Below are positions 45,172 to 46,228 of a stretch of 46,228 nt of DNA, piece by piece. The stretch is from a virus (taxonomy: Duplodnaviria > Caudoviricetes). The translations under genes and the position numbers were made by a program. Location of the stretch: positions 1 to 46,228 of IMG/VR virus record IMGVR_UViG_3300049003_000010; one strand, 5' to 3'. Below the pieces are notes generated by a model. That model ran no database searches, was not told the DNA's origin, and worked only from the letters and a program-made list of their open reading frames with translations. The first letter of the stretch is position 1, and every line of letters starts with the position of its first letter.

Positions 45172-45298
45172 TCTGGGTACTCCTTGTTTCAGGACGACCC
45201 TTTGGTAGGGTGCGTCGTTGTTGGAGCGGACGCTCCTCCCGCCTCACCGTGTTATGCACGCGATGAGGCAGAACCAACGTCCTTCCGAAGAAGGGGTG

Positions 45299-45610
45299 TT
45301 ACAGCTCGGTCACTCGGTAGCCCGTGATGTGGTCGTCTGTCTCGGCGTCCTTCGCGAACTCGGTGGCGTGGAACGTGCACATGTTCATGCTGTCCGCACC
45401 GAGGTCGTCCGTCCAGCTGACCTCGTAGCTGGCTTCGGGAGAGGAGCAGGTCTGGTAGACCGTGGTCGTCGCGGTGAAGTACTCGACTGTGGTCTGTTCG
45501 CAGGTTGCGGCTTCTGTGTGACTCGTGTGGCTCGTGTGTGCCAGCTGCGGGTTCATGTTGATCTCCTCGACCAGCGTTCCCGTGATGAGAGTCTGTGCGG
45601 GCGTGAACAT
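45299..45610 (-). CDS. Hypothetical protein
   Basis: AGGAG RBS; first gene after P6. Confidence 0.65.
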   Translation of the reverse strand: MFTPAQTLITGTLVEEINMNPQLAHTSHTSHTEAATCEQTTVEYFTATTTVYQTCSSPEASYEVSWTDDLGADSMNMCTFHATEFAKDAETDDHITGYRVTEL

Positions 45611-45720
45611 GGTGGGCTCCTACTAGGGGCGAGACGGGTGGTATTAAGTTGTGCTGCCGTTCGTAATGCTATTAGGTGGTGTGGTTGTGTTTGGTTGTGT
45701 TATTTTTTGCTGTTAGAATA

Positions 45721-45750
45721 AGTATAGCGCGGACCTCTTGGGATTAGCTA
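45721..45750 (-). promoter_or_regulatory. Promoter P6
   Basis: TAGCTA-N18-TATACT followed by an A/C-rich leader. Confidence 0.55.
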
Positions 45751-46012
45751 GTCGCCCTTTTCAAGATCTTTTGTTAGGACTCGGGGCTGTGAGTGCACGT
45801 TACTCATGCACGAGTGTGCGTGTGATGAAAGAGCCCTCACTGAAAGTCTCATGTGAAGTCTCTCCTCACGTTGTTAGTGATCCCTGAGTAAGACCTTGCC
45901 GAGTTCTGACGTGGACCATGGACGTTGTAATAGAGGTTTATAGATACTAAGGAGTAGTATTACTATGTAAAGAGTTCTTTGTGTGTTTCTAGTCTTATGT
46001 TACTATGTAATA

Positions 46013-46228
46013 CGTTGTAGTGATTAGAGAAGCCTCATTTGCCTCACGTCCCGCTGTCCCCTCCCACCGGGCTAACGGTGTTCTTAGCCCCCGTGGACCA
46101 GTGTTGTCTCTAGGGACTCGCGGGCTCTTTGCTGGTGACGAGGGCAGTTCGGAATGCTCTCGTCCCGCGAACCAAGCGGCTCCTCCCTGTGGGATACCTC
46201 GCCGGAGGCGGGGGTCCGTCCCCCTACC
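46013..46228 (+). ncRNA. Candidate structured non-coding element at the right end
   Basis: No ORF; nested stems GGGCTAA/TTAGCCC, GACGAGGGCA/TGCTCTCGTC and TCGCGGG/CCCGCGA; upstream TGTTACTAT extended -10. Confidence 0.3.

Noticed and set aside
45405-45430. EVSWT pentapeptide shared with the C-terminus of 41..373
   Set aside because: No similarity outside five residues; probably chance.
45780-46228. tRNA gene in the non-coding right end
   Set aside because: No cloverleaf or T-loop consensus found on either strand.

Overview
The window looks like a complete or near-complete ~46.2 kb genome of a high-GC, actinobacteriophage-like siphovirus. No integrase or repressor is recognisable, so it is probably lytic. 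The + strand (1359-20428) carries packaging, a Mu-like head, a tail module with a GGGAAAC -1 frameshifted chaperone, a tape measure protein, an amidase endolysin and a holin. The - strand carries everything else, led by six sigma70/HrdB-type promoters with 18-bp spacers. The most notable part is one closely packed block: primase-helicase, queC, queD, queE, folE, MazG, a second NTP-pyrophosphatase-like gene, a TGT/DpdA-like gene and a UDG-fused family A DNA polymerase. This is a 7-deazaguanine DNA-modification system whose gene content hints at nucleotide-pool (pre-replicative) G substitution. Less obvious features: (1) a 98-bp ungapped inverted repeat (69/98 identical, ~11-bp phased blocks) bracketing the replication arm; (2) two paralogous ~21-23 aa Cys/His micro-proteins; (3) four paralogous HTH-like proteins; (4) a GATC-dense patch; (5) G-poor leaders; (6) a structured non-coding right end; (7) lysis-type genes scattered over four loci. 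All calls come from manual motif reading; no database searches were run.
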